A DNA stretch of 64,000 nt from Alphaproteobacteria bacterium (GCA_965232515.1 CBDDPY010000002.1:5696001-5760000); one strand, 5' to 3'. Counted from the stretch's first letter, positions 1 through 11,652 are shown. Notes: generated by a model not told the origin, from the sequence alone. Numbers and translations are program-made.

Positions 1-833
1 TCGTCGCGCGCCGGCGCTTCGACCAGGCAGGCAAGACCGGCATTCTGAGCGTAGACCTCGACCTCAAGCACGGCCTCGTCCGGCACCCAGCCCTGTACGG
101 CGACGATGCCGTCGACGTCGCGGGTCTGCTGATCGGCGTGCGTCAACGAGGCGCGGTTCTCGGCTTCGGCAAGATTGACGCTCAGGAGATAGATGTAGCG
201 GGTCAACGCCTCGCGCCGCGCCACCAGGTCCTCGATCCCGACCTCGGTGTCTTCGAGCTGTGCTTTCAGCTCGCTTGCGGGCAGCGCGCCGGTATGCGTG
301 CGCGGCACCGGCAGCAGATCGGCCGGCGGCTCGTCATCCGCGATGACCACGACATAGGCGAAGCGGTTGTCCCTGCGCACGATTTCCCAGGGCAGATCGA
401 CGCGGTCGAGGCTGCTCAGCATGCGCAGCGGCAGCAGGTAGAACCACAGGCGATACCCGGCCAGCTCGTCGTGCGGCGGGAATACCAGATCGCCCCAGGG
501 CACAAGCTCGCCGATGCGGTGTTGCAGGAAATCGCGCCGGTCGGTGGCGTCCCGCAGCCGCTGTTTGACCTCCAGCGCATCCTCGACCAGCTTCTCCACG
601 TCGAATGCGGGATCGCGTGTCACCTGCTTGCGCTTCTCCGCCGTATCGGTCAGGAAGCGCAGCGCCTTGTAGGCGGACTCGGCGCGCGGCGACGCCACGT
701 CCTCGACCTCGGCCGGCGCCGGCCGCAGCGGCAGCAAATGCATGCAGCCGAGTTTCTGCAGTCCCTCCAGGACGTCGCTCTTTTCCTTCAGCAGGCCGCA
801 GAGCGTGACCTTCCTGAGGGCGACGATGCTCAT
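1..833 (-). CDS. atpI: V/A-type ATP synthase subunit I, N-terminal part (runs off left edge)
   Basis: Not in ORF track. ATG at 833 overlaps the subunit D stop (ATGA) and reads [33 protein letters not shown], typical of a subunit I N-terminus; follows B and D. Confidence 0.85.
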   Translation of the reverse strand, partial: MSIVALRKVTLCGLLKEKSDVLEGLQKLGCMHLLPLRPAPAEVEDVASPRAESAYKALRFLTDTAEKRKQVTRDPAFDVEKLVEDALEVKQRLRDATDRRDFLQHRIGELVPWGDLVFPPHDELAGYRLWFYLLPLRMLSSLDRVDLPWEIVRRDNRFAYVVVIADDEPPADLLPVPRTHTGALPASELKAQLEDTEVGIEDLVARREALTRYIYLLSVNLAEAENRASLTHADQQTRDVDGIVAVQGWVPDEAVLEVEVYAQNAGLACLVEAPARD

Positions 834-1435
834 GCCGTTGCCGCCGTCGCGTGCTTGCGTTTGGCGATCTTGGAGCGCACAACAGCGGCCTTCTCCGCGT
901 CCGACAGATAGATCTGCACGCGTTTGATGTTCCGCCGGGTCTTCGGGATCAGCACCTTGTCGAACAGGTTGACGCGCTGCGTGATGGTCTTGACCGCCGC
1001 GTCGAGCAGCGCCAGGCGTTGCACTTCGACCTGGACCGCGATGCGCAGCTTCAGCATCTCGGTCAATCTCGCCGCGACGGCGTCGACCCAATGCGGCCGG
1101 CCCATCAGCGCATAGGACCTGATCTCGACATCGACCGCCTCGACCACCGGCAGCCGCGTGCCGACGATGTTCTCCGTGCCCAGCCTGACGTCCGTCACCT
1201 TGGCGAGGTCGGTGAGATCGACATCGCGGTCTGCCAGCATGCGCAAACGCCGACCGACGTTCTTCTCCAGCGCCGCGATCTCGGTGCGGGTCGCGGCCAG
1301 CGACCGCGCGGCCTTGGCCCGTTCCGCCATCAGCTGCTGGCGTTTCAAGTCCAGTGACGGCAGGAAACGCTCGAAGGTCGCCAGGCTCTTCCGCTCGCGC
1401 GCCAGCGAGGACTTACTGAGCTGCAGCCGCGCCAT
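830..1435 (-). CDS. atpD: V/A-type ATP synthase subunit D
   Basis: 201 aa; [11 protein letters not shown] and [13 protein letters not shown] motifs; lies between B and I. Confidence 0.95.
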   Translation of the reverse strand: MARLQLSKSSLARERKSLATFERFLPSLDLKRQQLMAERAKAARSLAATRTEIAALEKNVGRRLRMLADRDVDLTDLAKVTDVRLGTENIVGTRLPVVEAVDVEIRSYALMGRPHWVDAVAARLTEMLKLRIAVQVEVQRLALLDAAVKTITQRVNLFDKVLIPKTRRNIKRVQIYLSDAEKAAVVRSKIAKRKHATAATA

Positions 1436-2834
1436 GGCCAGCTTCTTCTTCTGATTCTGCCTCGGTCTCGGACGCGGCCTCGGCCGTCTCGGACGGCGAC
1501 AGGTCGGTGGGGAAGTACTTGTCGATCAGGTCCTGCTTCATCAGCAGCTGTTCCGGCCGGAAACACTCGGCGAGCGTCCGCCAGCTCAGATCGAGCGCGT
1601 CCTCCAGCGGGATCGACACGTCGATGTCCATAAATCGTTCGCGGAACAGGTCGCTGAACTTCAGGAGCTGCTCGTCGTAGTCCGACAGCTCGAAGGCCAT
1701 GGCCTGTTTCTGCTGCGCCTCGCGCCCGCCGGAATAGAACCGGATCATGGTGTTCATGATCTGGCCGTGGTCCTCGCGTGTGACCTTGCCAATCACGTTC
1801 TGCTTCAGGCGCGACAGCGAACCGAAGGGATCGATGACGCCGTCATGCAGATAGAACTGGCCCTCGGTGATGTAGCCCGTGTTGTCGGGCACGGGATGGG
1901 TGACGTCGTCGCCCGGCATGGAGGTCACCGTCAGCAGCGTCACCGAACCGCCCTTGGCGAAGTCGCAGGCCTTCTCGTAGCGCCGGGCGAGCTGCGAATA
2001 GAGATCGCCCATGTAGCCGCGGTTAGACGGCACGCGCTCCATCGAAATGCCGACCTCCTTCAGGGCATCGGCATAGGCCGTCATGTCGGTCAGAAGCACC
2101 AGCACGCGCTTGCCTTCCTCGACGGCGAAGCGTTCGGCCACGGCCAGCGCCATGTCCGGCACCAGCAGCCGCTCGACGATGGGGTCCGAGGCCTGATTGA
2201 TGAACATCACCGTGCGCGAGAACACGCCGGCGTCCTCGAAGTTCTTCCGGAAAGTGAAGTAGTCGTCGAAGATCAGCCCCAGCCCGCCGAACACGACGAT
2301 ATCGGCGTCGGCCTGAATGCCGATGCGAGCCAGGAACGGATTGAACGGCTCGCCCGAGACCGAGAAGATCGGGATCTTCTGGCTCTCCACCAGGCAGTTG
2401 AAGATGTCGATCATCGGCACGTTGGTGCGGATCATCTTGGTCGGTACGATGCGCTCGCACGGGTTCACCGACGGCCCGCCGATCTCGACCTTGGCGTCCA
2501 TCGACAGGTCGGGGCCGCCGTCGATCGGGTTGCCCTTGCCGTCGAACACGCGGCCCAGGATGTTGGGCGAATAGGTCACCTGCATGGGATGGCCCAGGAA
2601 GGTGACGGTCGCGGCCGTCGACACGCCCTTGGTGCCGTCGAACACCTGCAGCGACACGGCGTCGCGGTTGATGTTGATGACCTGCGCCAGCGACGTGCCG
2701 CCGTCGGCCTGCTCGATCATGGCCAGATCGCCGAATCTGACCGCGGCCGCGTCCCCATTGCCGGCCGGCGGCACCTGCACCTTCAGGATATCGCCGACGA
2801 TCTCCAAGACCTTGGAGTAGCGCACAAGTTCCAT
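1413..2834 (-). CDS. atpB: V/A-type ATP synthase subunit B
   Basis: 473 aa; [47 protein letters not shown] motifs. Confidence 0.96.
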   Translation of the reverse strand: MELVRYSKVLEIVGDILKVQVPPAGNGDAAAVRFGDLAMIEQADGGTSLAQVININRDAVSLQVFDGTKGVSTAATVTFLGHPMQVTYSPNILGRVFDGKGNPIDGGPDLSMDAKVEIGGPSVNPCERIVPTKMIRTNVPMIDIFNCLVESQKIPIFSVSGEPFNPFLARIGIQADADIVVFGGLGLIFDDYFTFRKNFEDAGVFSRTVMFINQASDPIVERLLVPDMALAVAERFAVEEGKRVLVLLTDMTAYADALKEVGISMERVPSNRGYMGDLYSQLARRYEKACDFAKGGSVTLLTVTSMPGDDVTHPVPDNTGYITEGQFYLHDGVIDPFGSLSRLKQNVIGKVTREDHGQIMNTMIRFYSGGREAQQKQAMAFELSDYDEQLLKFSDLFRERFMDIDVSIPLEDALDLSWRTLAECFRPEQLLMKQDLIDKYFPTDLSPSETAEAASETEAESEEEAGHGAAAAQ

Positions 2835-2885
2835 ATTCTGCCCCGTCTGTCCCCGTTGCCCCTGTCGGTAATCGTTAGATGGATT

Positions 2886-3104
2886 TCAGTTTCGCTTTTT
2901 CGACTCCGCAGCATTGGATTGGTCGTGGTCCGGCTCGGCCGGGTCCTGCAACCGGTAAATGGTGAACTCGCCCTGCTTGGATGTCAGCAGACCCGCGCCG
3001 GGCGGTATCTCACGGCGGTTGTGCGAGGTGTCGCCGCGCTTGATCTCGACGCCGGCGCAGGCGGCAAGCAGCAGGCAGACGGCGATGGTCAGCCCAACGC
3101 GCAT
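2886..3104 (-). CDS. Small lipoprotein of unknown function
   Basis: 72 aa; signal peptide with lipobox LLAAC; start overlaps the porin stop. Confidence 0.75.
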   Translation of the reverse strand: MRVGLTIAVCLLLAACAGVEIKRGDTSHNRREIPPGAGLLTSKQGEFTIYRLQDPAEPDHDQSNAAESKKRN

Positions 3105-4522
3105 CAGAACTTCACCCGCGTGCCGACGGTGCCCACGTAGATCTCCTCGATGTCAGGATCGCTGTCCCGATCCAGGTCGAAGAAACGGAACTGGGCGTAA
3201 AGCTCGGTGCCGTAGTCCTCGATCAACTGCACGGCGGCGACGCCGAAGCTGGTGCCCTCGTCGTCCTGTTGGATGACGTTTTCGTTGTAGGTCGCATCGA
3301 TGCCGAATCCGGTCGCGCCAAAGCCGAAGAACCGGGTGTCCCAGGACAGCTTGCCATAGAGGTTAAAGGGATTGTCGCCGTCGTCGACCTCATCGGTGCC
3401 GGCCGAGACCGTCAGGCCGAGGCCGCTCGGGTTGTGAATGGCCGAGAACGAGCCGGCGAGACGCCAATCGGCCTCGGCGGTGTTCGGGTCCCGGATCGAG
3501 ACCGCGCCCAGCGTGGTGAACGGTCCGATATCGACGCCGGTCCAGTCGCCGTAGTCGCCGCCCCAGGTCAGCGCGGCATCCTGGCGATCGTCCGAGCCGG
3601 CCGAGACCGAGAGTTGCAGCCCGGGGCCGACCACGGGCGAATCGTAGCGCACCCGGTCCTGGCGGTTGCCGTCGAAATTGAAGAAGGCATCGCCGAGCGC
3701 GATGCCGGTGAGCGCGCCGCCGGCCGTCGTGAACTGAATGCCGCCGACGACGTCCGAGACGCCGGAATACATGATCGGCCCGGCGACCAGCGAGAGGTCG
3801 TACTCGGCCGTATCGTCGGCCGCGGCCGCGCCCTTGCCGAACAGGATTTGGCCATAGGCGTCATTGCGGGCCAGCGCCTCGACCTTGCGCACGTCGATGA
3901 AATCGTCGGCGCTCTGGTTGGTCTGGCTGACGTCGAACGAGTTGTTCGGGCTGAAGGCGATCTCGACCACGGTGCCCAGTGTCGTTTCGTCGGTCACCGC
4001 GGCGGTGCCGACGAAGCGCAGCCGCGAATTCGAGACGTCGTTGTCGACGAAGAAAGCGTCGGTCTCGTCGCCGTCATCGACCACGTTCACGGCCCGGTTC
4101 AACTGACCGGAGATTGCCAGCTTGATGCGGTCGCTGCCCGATGTGATCAAACGCTCGCCCTCGGGTCGGGTCTTCTGCGCCGTGTCGATCGCCTGCCGTG
4201 CGGTCGACTGCGCCTCCGAGGCAATGCTCTGGGTCTCGGTCGAGGTTTGCTCAAGCTGATCGAGACGGGTTTTCAGCGCCTGGATCGTCTGCATCTGCGT
4301 GTTGAGCTGATCGGACTGCTGTCGCAGCTGGTCCGATTGCTGCTGCAGGCGCGTTTCCTGCTGTTCGATGAGTTGCTGCAACTGCTGCAGCAGAGCGGCG
4401 TCGACAGCGACGGTCTGCGCCCGGGCCACGTCCGGCGGAGATACGGTCGCGACCACGATTGCCGCCAGCGCCCCAACGATCGTTGAACGAGATGTTCGCA
4501 TCATCGACCCCACTAATCTCAT
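3104..4522 (-). CDS. Outer-membrane porin with N-terminal Gln-rich coiled coil
   Basis: GGAGG RBS, signal peptide (VARA-Q), heptad/Gln-rich segment, ISGQLNRA and SNSRLRF porin-type strands, VRYDSP, C-terminal Phe (TRVKF). Confidence 0.85.
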   Translation of the reverse strand: MRLVGSMMRTSRSTIVGALAAIVVATVSPPDVARAQTVAVDAALLQQLQQLIEQQETRLQQQSDQLRQQSDQLNTQMQTIQALKTRLDQLEQTSTETQSIASEAQSTARQAIDTAQKTRPEGERLITSGSDRIKLAISGQLNRAVNVVDDGDETDAFFVDNDVSNSRLRFVGTAAVTDETTLGTVVEIAFSPNNSFDVSQTNQSADDFIDVRKVEALARNDAYGQILFGKGAAAADDTAEYDLSLVAGPIMYSGVSDVVGGIQFTTAGGALTGIALGDAFFNFDGNRQDRVRYDSPVVGPGLQLSVSAGSDDRQDAALTWGGDYGDWTGVDIGPFTTLGAVSIRDPNTAEADWRLAGSFSAIHNPSGLGLTVSAGTDEVDDGDNPFNLYGKLSWDTRFFGFGATGFGIDATYNENVIQQDDEGTSFGVAAVQLIEDYGTELYAQFRFFDLDRDSDPDIEEIYVGTVGTRVKF

Positions 4523-4544
4523 CGTTCCCTCCTAATCCAACTCG

Positions 4545-5483
4545 CTAATCGTGAAAGCTGATGCCGTCGAAGCTCTTGCCGATGCGCGTGCCTTTTTCGC
4601 CGCGCACGATCGCCGGCATGTCGGCGAGCGCACCGATCGCCGCGACGTTCCCTGTGGCGACGGCGAACTGGCAGGCGGCGTCGACCTTCGGGCCCATGGA
4701 TCCGGCGGGAAAGTCGTAGCTCGCCATTTCCGACGGCGTGGCCTCGAAGATGCCCTTGGCCTCGGGCGTGCCCCAATCGACGAACACGGCATCCGCGTCC
4801 GTCGCCATGATGAACAGATCGGCCTCGAGCTCGCGGGCCAGCAGCTCGGAGCAGAAATCCTTGTCGATCACCGCTTCAACGCCGGTCAGCTTGCGGTCGG
4901 CCCCGGGCGCGTACATGGTCGGCACGCCGCCGCCGCCGGCGCAGATCACCACGGTGTTGTGCTCCAGCAGCCACTTGATCGGCCGCATCTCGAAAATGCG
5001 CTTGGGCGCCGGCGACGGCACCACGCGGCGCCATTTGTCGCCGTCGGGCTTGAACACCCAGTCCTTCTGTTCGGCGATCCGGTCGGCCTCGTCCCTTTCG
5101 TAGACCGGCCCGACGAACTTCGTGGGATCCTTGAAGCCGGGATCCTCGGGATCGACCTCGACCATGGTCAGGATGGTCGCGAACGGCACCTCGAACGGCA
5201 GCAGGTTGCCCAGCTCCTGCTCGATCATGTAGCCGATCATGCCCTCGGTCTCGGCGCCCAGCACGTCCAGCGGATAGGCCTCGTCCGGCTTGTAGGCGGC
5301 GCCCTGCAGCGCCAGCAGGCCGACCTGCGGCCCGTTGCCGTGCGAGACGACGAGCTGATGCTCCTCGGCGAGCGGCGCCAGCGCCTCCGCCGCGATGCGG
5401 ATGTTCTCGCGCTGGTTCTCCGCCGTCATGGCCTGACCGCGCCGGAGCAGCGCGTTGCCGCCCAGCGCAACGACGATCCGCAT
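4545..5483 (-). CDS. arcC: Carbamate kinase
   Basis: [31 protein letters not shown] motifs. Confidence 0.97.
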   Translation of the reverse strand: MRIVVALGGNALLRRGQAMTAENQRENIRIAAEALAPLAEEHQLVVSHGNGPQVGLLALQGAAYKPDEAYPLDVLGAETEGMIGYMIEQELGNLLPFEVPFATILTMVEVDPEDPGFKDPTKFVGPVYERDEADRIAEQKDWVFKPDGDKWRRVVPSPAPKRIFEMRPIKWLLEHNTVVICAGGGGVPTMYAPGADRKLTGVEAVIDKDFCSELLARELEADLFIMATDADAVFVDWGTPEAKGIFEATPSEMASYDFPAGSMGPKVDAACQFAVATGNVAAIGALADMPAIVRGEKGTRIGKSFDGISFHD

Positions 5484-5486
5484 GGC

Positions 5487-6488
5487 TCAGCTCCCGATCG
5501 CGGCGACCAGCACGGCCTTGATGGTGTGCATCCGGTTCTCGGCCTGTTCGAACTGAATGCCGGCCGCGGACTCGAAGACTTCGTCGGTCACCTCCATCTC
5601 GGCGATGCCGAACTTCTCGTGCATCTCCTCGCCGACCTTGGTCTCGCGGTTGTGGAAAGCGGGCAGGCAATGCATGAACTTGGTCGAGCCGACACCGGTC
5701 GACGCCATCAGCTCGGCATTGACCTGATACGGCGTCAGCAGCTTGATCCGCTCCTCCCAGACCTCGGCCGGCTCGCCCATCGAGACCCAGACATCGGTGT
5801 GCACGAAATCGCAGCCTTTCACCGCCTCGTGCGGATCCTCGGTGATACTGAGTTTGGCGCCGTAGGTGTCGGCCAGCCGGCGCGCCGCGCTCTCATACTC
5901 GTCGTTCGGCCAGTTCGCCTTCGGCGCGGCGATGCGCACGTCCATGCCCATCAGGCAGCCGGCGATCATCAGCGAGTGGCCCATGTTGCTGCGCGCGTCG
6001 CCGACATAGGCGTACGAGATCTCGTGCAGCGGCTTGTCGGCATGCTCGCGCATGGTCAACAGGTCGGCCAGCATCTGGGTCGGATGGAACTCGTCGGTCA
6101 GGCCGTTGAAGACCGGCACGCCGGCATAGGACGCCAGCTCCTCGACGATTTCCTGTCCGAAGCCGCGATATTCGATCGCGTCATACATGCGGCCCAGCAC
6201 CCGCGCCGTGTCCTTCATCGATTCCTTGTGGCCGATCTGCGAGCCGGACGGGCCGAGATAGGTGACGCCCGCGCCCTGATCCATCGCCGCCACCTCGAAG
6301 GCGCACATGGTCCGGGTCGAGGTCTTCTCGAAGATCAGGCAGATATTCTTGCCTTTCAGATGCTGCTGCTCCGTGCCGGCGTATTTCGCCCGCTTCAGGT
6401 CGCGCGACAGATCCAGCAGATAGCGCATCTCGCGCTGGTCGAAGTCGAGCAGCTTCAGAAAGCTGCGCCCCTTGAGATTGAAAGCCAT
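5487..6488 (-). CDS. arcB: Ornithine carbamoyltransferase (catabolic by context)
   Basis: [23 protein letters not shown] motifs; lies between arcA and arcC. Confidence 0.95.
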   Translation of the reverse strand: MAFNLKGRSFLKLLDFDQREMRYLLDLSRDLKRAKYAGTEQQHLKGKNICLIFEKTSTRTMCAFEVAAMDQGAGVTYLGPSGSQIGHKESMKDTARVLGRMYDAIEYRGFGQEIVEELASYAGVPVFNGLTDEFHPTQMLADLLTMREHADKPLHEISYAYVGDARSNMGHSLMIAGCLMGMDVRIAAPKANWPNDEYESAARRLADTYGAKLSITEDPHEAVKGCDFVHTDVWVSMGEPAEVWEERIKLLTPYQVNAELMASTGVGSTKFMHCLPAFHNRETKVGEEMHEKFGIAEMEVTDEVFESAAGIQFEQAENRMHTIKAVLVAAIGS

Positions 6489-6532
6489 CGTATCGTCTCC
6501 CTAGGTCACCCGGGTCCGACACCCGGTCCGTG

Positions 6533-7765
6533 TCAGTAATCGACCGCGTCACGCAGAACCGGACAGGTCATGCAGTGGCCGCCGCCGCGGCCGCGGCCCA
6601 GTTCGTTGCCGGCGATGGTCACGACCTCGACGCCGGCCTTGCGCAGCAACGTGTTGGTGTAGGTATTGCGCTCGTAGGCGACGACCACGCCCGGCTCCAG
6701 GGCGACGACGTTGTTGCCGTCGTCCCACTGCTCGCGCTCGGCCTCGTAGGCGTCGCCGCCGGTATGCACCCGGCGCAGCGACGACAGGCCCAGCGCCTCG
6801 GCGACCACCGTGGGGAAGTCCTTGTTTTCCTCGGTGATCGAGAGCTCGCCCTCCTTGTCGCCGGGCCGCAGCGAGAACGGCCGGATCGTGTCCACCACGT
6901 CGGGGAACATGTTCACGAGGTCGCGGTCGCAGAAGGTGAACACGGTATCCAGATGCATGGCCGCGCGTTCTTTCGGCATCGCCGCGGCGATCACATGGCT
7001 GGCGCCGCCCTTGGCGAACAGCTGGCGCGCGATCTGCCCCACCGCCTGCGGCGTCGTCCGCTCGCCCATGCCGATCAGCACCACGCCGTTGCCGATGGGC
7101 TGGATGTCGCCGCCCTCGACGAAGGCCATGCCGTGGCCGTTCTCGACGTCGTCGCCCCACCAGAACTCGAACTCGGCCGCCTTGAACATCGGGTGGAACT
7201 TGTAGATCGCCGCCGTGTTCAGCGTTTCCTGCCGTCGCGCCGGCCAGAACATGGGATGCAGGGTCACGCCGCCATAGATCCAGGCCGACGGGTCGCGGGT
7301 GAACAGCTGGTTCGGCAGCGGCGCCAGTACGAATTCCTGCGGCTCCAGAAGCTTGGCCAGCATGCCGTTAGGCTCGAACGGCAGCTCCGCGCGGCTGATG
7401 CCGCCGATCAGATGCACCGAGAGCTGATAGGCGTCCATTTCCATTAGCCAGGCGTGCAGGTCCTGGGCGATGCCGACGCCGACCACGTTCTCGGAGATCC
7501 GCAAGTTCAGCAGCCATTCGCGCGCCGCCATGTCGCGCATGGTCTCCTCCAGCAGCTCACGGAACAGATAGACCTCGATGCCGCGATGGCGCATTTCGTC
7601 GACGAAGGCCAGATGCTCCTGGCGTGCCTGCTTGACCCATAGGACGTCGTCGAACAGCAGCTCGTGGCAGTTGGTCGGCGTCAGGCGCGAGATCGCCAGG
7701 CCCGGGCGATGCACGATCACCTTCCGCAGCTTGCCGATCTCCGAATGGACCCCAAGTTTCGTCAT
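6533..7765 (-). CDS. arcA: Arginine deiminase
   Basis: True start [16 protein letters not shown] at 7765 with AAGGAG RBS (410 aa); [24 protein letters not shown] motifs. Confidence 0.97.
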   Translation of the reverse strand: MTKLGVHSEIGKLRKVIVHRPGLAISRLTPTNCHELLFDDVLWVKQARQEHLAFVDEMRHRGIEVYLFRELLEETMRDMAAREWLLNLRISENVVGVGIAQDLHAWLMEMDAYQLSVHLIGGISRAELPFEPNGMLAKLLEPQEFVLAPLPNQLFTRDPSAWIYGGVTLHPMFWPARRQETLNTAAIYKFHPMFKAAEFEFWWGDDVENGHGMAFVEGGDIQPIGNGVVLIGMGERTTPQAVGQIARQLFAKGGASHVIAAAMPKERAAMHLDTVFTFCDRDLVNMFPDVVDTIRPFSLRPGDKEGELSITEENKDFPTVVAEALGLSSLRRVHTGGDAYEAEREQWDDGNNVVALEPGVVVAYERNTYTNTLLRKAGVEVVTIAGNELGRGRGGGHCMTCPVLRDAVDY

Positions 7766-9159
7766 GTCGCGTCTCCTTGATTGACCGCCGTCCCCAAATC
7801 GGATGTGTGGTTGCGCCATTTCAGCCAGACATAGACCGGCACGCCGGCGATCAGCAGCAGGAAGCCGTAGAAGACGATCTCTCGGCCGGCCCCATAGATC
7901 GCCCAGGCGGAATAGAGGAAGCCGATCACGGCCAGCCCGAACACGGGCGCCAGACCCTTCCGGGCGACCGTGTGGCCGCGGGTGACATAGATCATCAGCT
8001 CCGCCAGCGCGCAGAACAGGTAGGGCACCAGCGTCGTCAGCGTCGCCAATAGGATGATGAAGACGAATTGGTCGACCAGGCCCTTGGTGAAGTTCATGGC
8101 GATCAGCAGGCTCGCCAGCGTGTTCGAGACGATGAGCGCGAAGACCGGCGTCCTGGCCTTGGACAGGCGGGCGAACTGGCGTGGAAACAGGTCGTCGCGG
8201 GCCGCGCCCAGCGGCACTTGGCCGGTCAGCATGGTGAAGCCGTTCAGCGTGCCGAAGGTCGAGATGCAGGCCGCGACCGCAATGAACGTGCCGCCCGCCG
8301 CGCCCCACATGACCACCGCGACGTCCGCCAGCGGCGCGCTGGAGGTCTGCAGGTCGGTCAGCGGCGCGACGCCCAGCGCGACGATTGTCACGACGATATA
8401 GACCGCGGCCGCCAGGCTGGTGCCCAGGATGGTGGCGCGCGGGATCGTGCGTTCGGGCTCGGCCACATCGCCGGCCGGCACGGTCGCGGACTCCAGGCCC
8501 AGGAAGGCCCACAGCGTCAGCGCGGCGCAGGCGGCGATCGCGGCGGCGTTGCTTTCCTGGCTGACGTTCACGGGCGTGAAGTTGCCGGGTGAAACATAGG
8601 CGAGGCCGATGACAGCGATCAGCAAAAGCGGCACGACTTTCAGGACCGTCGTCACCAGCTGGATCGTGCCGGCCTCGCGCACGCCGCGGATGTTGACCCA
8701 GGTCAGCAGCCAGATCGCGCCGAGCGCCGTCGCCAGCCCGGCGAGCGGGCTGTCGCCGATGACGGGAAACAGAAATCCGACATAGCCCGAGAAGGCCACC
8801 GCGACCGCCGCGTTGCCGGCCCACAGCGCGATCCAGTAGCCCCAGGCGATGAGAAATCCGGCGAAATCGCCGAAGCCCTCCCGCGAATAGGCGTACGGGC
8901 CGCCGGTCTTCGGCACCAGGCGGGCGAGGCGGCCGAAGATCAGCGCCAGCACAATGGCGCCGGTCGAGGTAACGAGCCAGCCGGCGATCGAGATCGGACC
9001 GTAGGCGGCGAGCGCGGCGGGCAGCAGAAAGATGCCCGATCCGATCATGTTGCCGACCACCAGGGCCGTGCACATCCACAACCCGAGCTTGCCGGCGGAC
9101 GCGGCGTCGCCGGGCGCTGGCTTCAGCGCCGCCGCGATCGCCATGTCGTCGTTCGGCAT
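7762..9159 (-). CDS. APC-family basic amino acid antiporter (ArcD/AdiC/PotE-like)
   Basis: [28 protein letters not shown] motifs; many TM segments; start 9159 (or 9144); stop overlaps arcA start. Confidence 0.9.
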   Translation of the reverse strand: MPNDDMAIAAALKPAPGDAASAGKLGLWMCTALVVGNMIGSGIFLLPAALAAYGPISIAGWLVTSTGAIVLALIFGRLARLVPKTGGPYAYSREGFGDFAGFLIAWGYWIALWAGNAAVAVAFSGYVGFLFPVIGDSPLAGLATALGAIWLLTWVNIRGVREAGTIQLVTTVLKVVPLLLIAVIGLAYVSPGNFTPVNVSQESNAAAIAACAALTLWAFLGLESATVPAGDVAEPERTIPRATILGTSLAAAVYIVVTIVALGVAPLTDLQTSSAPLADVAVVMWGAAGGTFIAVAACISTFGTLNGFTMLTGQVPLGAARDDLFPRQFARLSKARTPVFALIVSNTLASLLIAMNFTKGLVDQFVFIILLATLTTLVPYLFCALAELMIYVTRGHTVARKGLAPVFGLAVIGFLYSAWAIYGAGREIVFYGFLLLIAGVPVYVWLKWRNHTSDLGTAVNQGDAT

Positions 9160-9170
9160 GCCGTCCGTTC

Positions 9171-10586
9171 CTATTGCAGCAGCGTCGCGACGCTGATCGC
9201 CGCCATGATGATCACGGTCAGGATCACCAGCAGCGGCCACATGAAGCGCAGCCAGCGCTCGTACGGCACCCGGCCCAACGCCAGGCCGCCCATGACCACG
9301 GCGAAGGTCGGGTTGACCAGGTTCACCAGGCCGCTCGCCGACTGATAGGCCGTCACCACCAGAGCGCGCTGGACATCGGCAAAGTCGGCCAGCGGCGCCA
9401 TGATCGGCATGGTCAGCACGGCCAGGCCGGAGGACGAGGGCACGAAGAACGACAGCGCCACCTCGATCCCGAACATGGCGTTGATGAAGCCGATGGCGGA
9501 CAGGCCGCTGACCGCGCCCTCGGCCCAGAACAGGATGGTGTCGGTCATCTTGCCGGCGTCCATCACCACGACGATGCCGCGGGCGATGCCGATGACCAGC
9601 GCGACGCCCAGCAGATCGCGGGCGCCGTCGACGAAGGTGTTGGTGAAGTCTTCCTCGCTCATGCGGGCGATCACGCCAACGACGATCGCGGCGACGATGA
9701 ACAACCCCGACATCTCGGCCATCCACCAGCCGCCGGCCGACACGCCCCAGATCATCACCGCGAAGCTGCCGGCGAAGATCAGCAGCACGATCTTGCGCGT
9801 CAGCGTGAATTCCAGCAGATCCGAATTCTCGGACGCTTCACGACCCTTCAGGAAATGCTCCTCGTTCGACGCCCGCCGGTCGGCGACGATCGAGCGCTCG
9901 GGGTCCTGCCTTACCCGTTCCGCGTAGCGCATCACGTAGACCACGCAGGCGAGCCAGCACAGGATCAGGATGACGAAGCGGAGGATGATCCCGTCCGTGA
10001 ACGGCACGCCGGCCGCGTTCGCCGCGATCACCGTGGCGAACGGGTTGATGGTCGAGCCCAGCGTACCGACGCCGGCGCCCAGCATGATGATGGCGACGCC
10101 GGTGACGGCGTCGTAGCGGGCCGCGATCATCACCGGGATGATCAGGGTGTAGAAGGCGAGCGATTCCTCGGCCATGCCGTAGATCGTGCCGCCGGCCGCG
10201 AACAGCGCCATCAGGATCGGGATCATCCATTTTTCCCGGCCCCGCAGCCGGCTCATGGCCCGCTCGATGCCGGCGTCGATGGCGCCTGTTTTGGTGACGA
10301 TGCCCAGAAAGCCGCCGATGATCAGCACGAACAAGGCGACGTCGATGGCGCGCGCCTCATAGCTGCCGGGATCGAAGAACCCGGCGATCGGCGCGAGCAC
10401 GATATCGACGAACCCCTGCGGGTTCGGCGCGACCTCCTTATAGGTGCCGGGGACGGGCACGTCCCGGCCCAGCGCTTCGTTCAGTTGCCGGTCGTATTCG
10501 CCCGCCGGCACGAACCAAGTGGCGATGGCGACCACGACGATCAGGCCGAAAAGAATGGTGTAGGCACTCGGAAACTTGAGCTTCAT
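9171..10586 (-). CDS. YfcC-family basic amino acid antiporter
   Basis: [30 protein letters not shown] motifs; about 471 aa; hydrophobic. Confidence 0.9.
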   Translation of the reverse strand: MKLKFPSAYTILFGLIVVVAIATWFVPAGEYDRQLNEALGRDVPVPGTYKEVAPNPQGFVDIVLAPIAGFFDPGSYEARAIDVALFVLIIGGFLGIVTKTGAIDAGIERAMSRLRGREKWMIPILMALFAAGGTIYGMAEESLAFYTLIIPVMIAARYDAVTGVAIIMLGAGVGTLGSTINPFATVIAANAAGVPFTDGIILRFVILILCWLACVVYVMRYAERVRQDPERSIVADRRASNEEHFLKGREASENSDLLEFTLTRKIVLLIFAGSFAVMIWGVSAGGWWMAEMSGLFIVAAIVVGVIARMSEEDFTNTFVDGARDLLGVALVIGIARGIVVVMDAGKMTDTILFWAEGAVSGLSAIGFINAMFGIEVALSFFVPSSSGLAVLTMPIMAPLADFADVQRALVVTAYQSASGLVNLVNPTFAVVMGGLALGRVPYERWLRFMWPLLVILTVIIMAAISVATLLQ

Positions 10587-10650
10587 GTGATGCGTCCCCC
10601 ACGGACCGGCCGCCGACATCGGCCAGCACGATTACGAAGCTGTCGTCACG

Positions 10651-11568
10651 TCACTCCGGCAGCGCGGTCATGAGAAAACGCCTCACGACGCCGCGACCCG
10701 GGCGTCCGAAGTAACGCGCAAAGATCGGCACGACCTCGAGCGTGCGGTAGACCCTGGACAGGCTCCGATCGACCAGCAATCGGAAGTCCTCGTCCCGTTT
10801 TGCCAGGGCCAGACCGTACGGCTCGTGGGTATACAGCCGCTCGCCGATCACGAATTGATCTGCATCATCGGCCGTCTCCAGCAGGCCCAGAAGGATGGCG
10901 CGATCCGCGAAATAGGCGTCGAGCGCGCCCTCGCCGACCTGTCGAAGGCCGTCGTTGTGGCTGTCGACGGTGACCAGCGTGGCGTTCGAGGCAAGGAACC
11001 TGATGCCGCCGCGCAGCCAGGTTTCCGCCGTCGTGTTGGCGCGCACGCCGAAGGTCCGGTCGGTGAAGGCCTGGAACAGGGCGGCGCGGGCCGGCAGCGT
11101 CGACCGCCGCTTCGCCAGCGTGTCCTGCAGGAACCTTGGCGCATCGGCCCGCATCACCGCCGCGACCCCGGTGCGGAAGATCGGGATCGAGAAAGAGACG
11201 AGTTCGCGCCGTTCGAGCGTCACGGTGCTGGCGCCGCACAGGATGTCGACCCGACCGTCGGCGACGGCCTGGAAACGCTCCTCGGTCGACACCGGCAGAT
11301 ATTCGACGGCCAGCTCTTCCAGTTCGAGCGTGGCCTTCACATCGAGCGCGATCTCGCGGCAGAGTTCGACGGTGTACCCGCTCGGGTCACCGGCCTCGTT
11401 CTTGAAGGAAAACGGCGCCGCGTCCTCGCGGTAGCCGATCTTGAAAACGCCGGCTTCCGCGACGCGTTCCAGCGTTTGCGCGACGGCCGGCGCCGCAACG
11501 AGTGGCAAGAGCAGCGCACTGATGAGCATCGCCGATACGCTAAGTCCGCGTCTGGATGTGACTGTCAT
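10651..11568 (-). CDS. Polar amino acid substrate-binding protein (GltI-like, orphan)
   Basis: Signal peptide; IGYREDAAPFSF, VDILCG, TLERRELVSFS, EPYGL motifs; no ABC permease or ATPase adjacent. Confidence 0.85.
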   Translation of the reverse strand: MTVTSRRGLSVSAMLISALLLPLVAAPAVAQTLERVAEAGVFKIGYREDAAPFSFKNEAGDPSGYTVELCREIALDVKATLELEELAVEYLPVSTEERFQAVADGRVDILCGASTVTLERRELVSFSIPIFRTGVAAVMRADAPRFLQDTLAKRRSTLPARAALFQAFTDRTFGVRANTTAETWLRGGIRFLASNATLVTVDSHNDGLRQVGEGALDAYFADRAILLGLLETADDADQFVIGERLYTHEPYGLALAKRDEDFRLLVDRSLSRVYRTLEVVPIFARYFGRPGRGVVRRFLMTALPE

Positions 11569-11652
11569 GTCATTCCATCCCGGTCTGCCGAGCTTCCACG
11601 AACGCGAACGGCAACAGTGCGCAACGCTTAGCACCACGACGCCGCCCGACGC

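Noticed and set aside
4551-6539. 662-aa plus-strand ORF and similar long antisense ORFs (1767-3140, 9174-10673, 39386-41806, 51663-53453)
   Set aside because: These are shadow ORFs opposite well-supported genes, expected at high GC, and show no family motifs.
6533-9079. 848-aa ORF suggesting an N-terminally extended or fused arginine deiminase
   Set aside because: The extension is an off-frame read of the antiporter gene; the real start with RBS is at 7765.
7762-9726. 654-aa ORF suggesting a YfcC-APC fusion
   Set aside because: The upstream part is an off-frame read of yfcC, which has its own stop at 9171.
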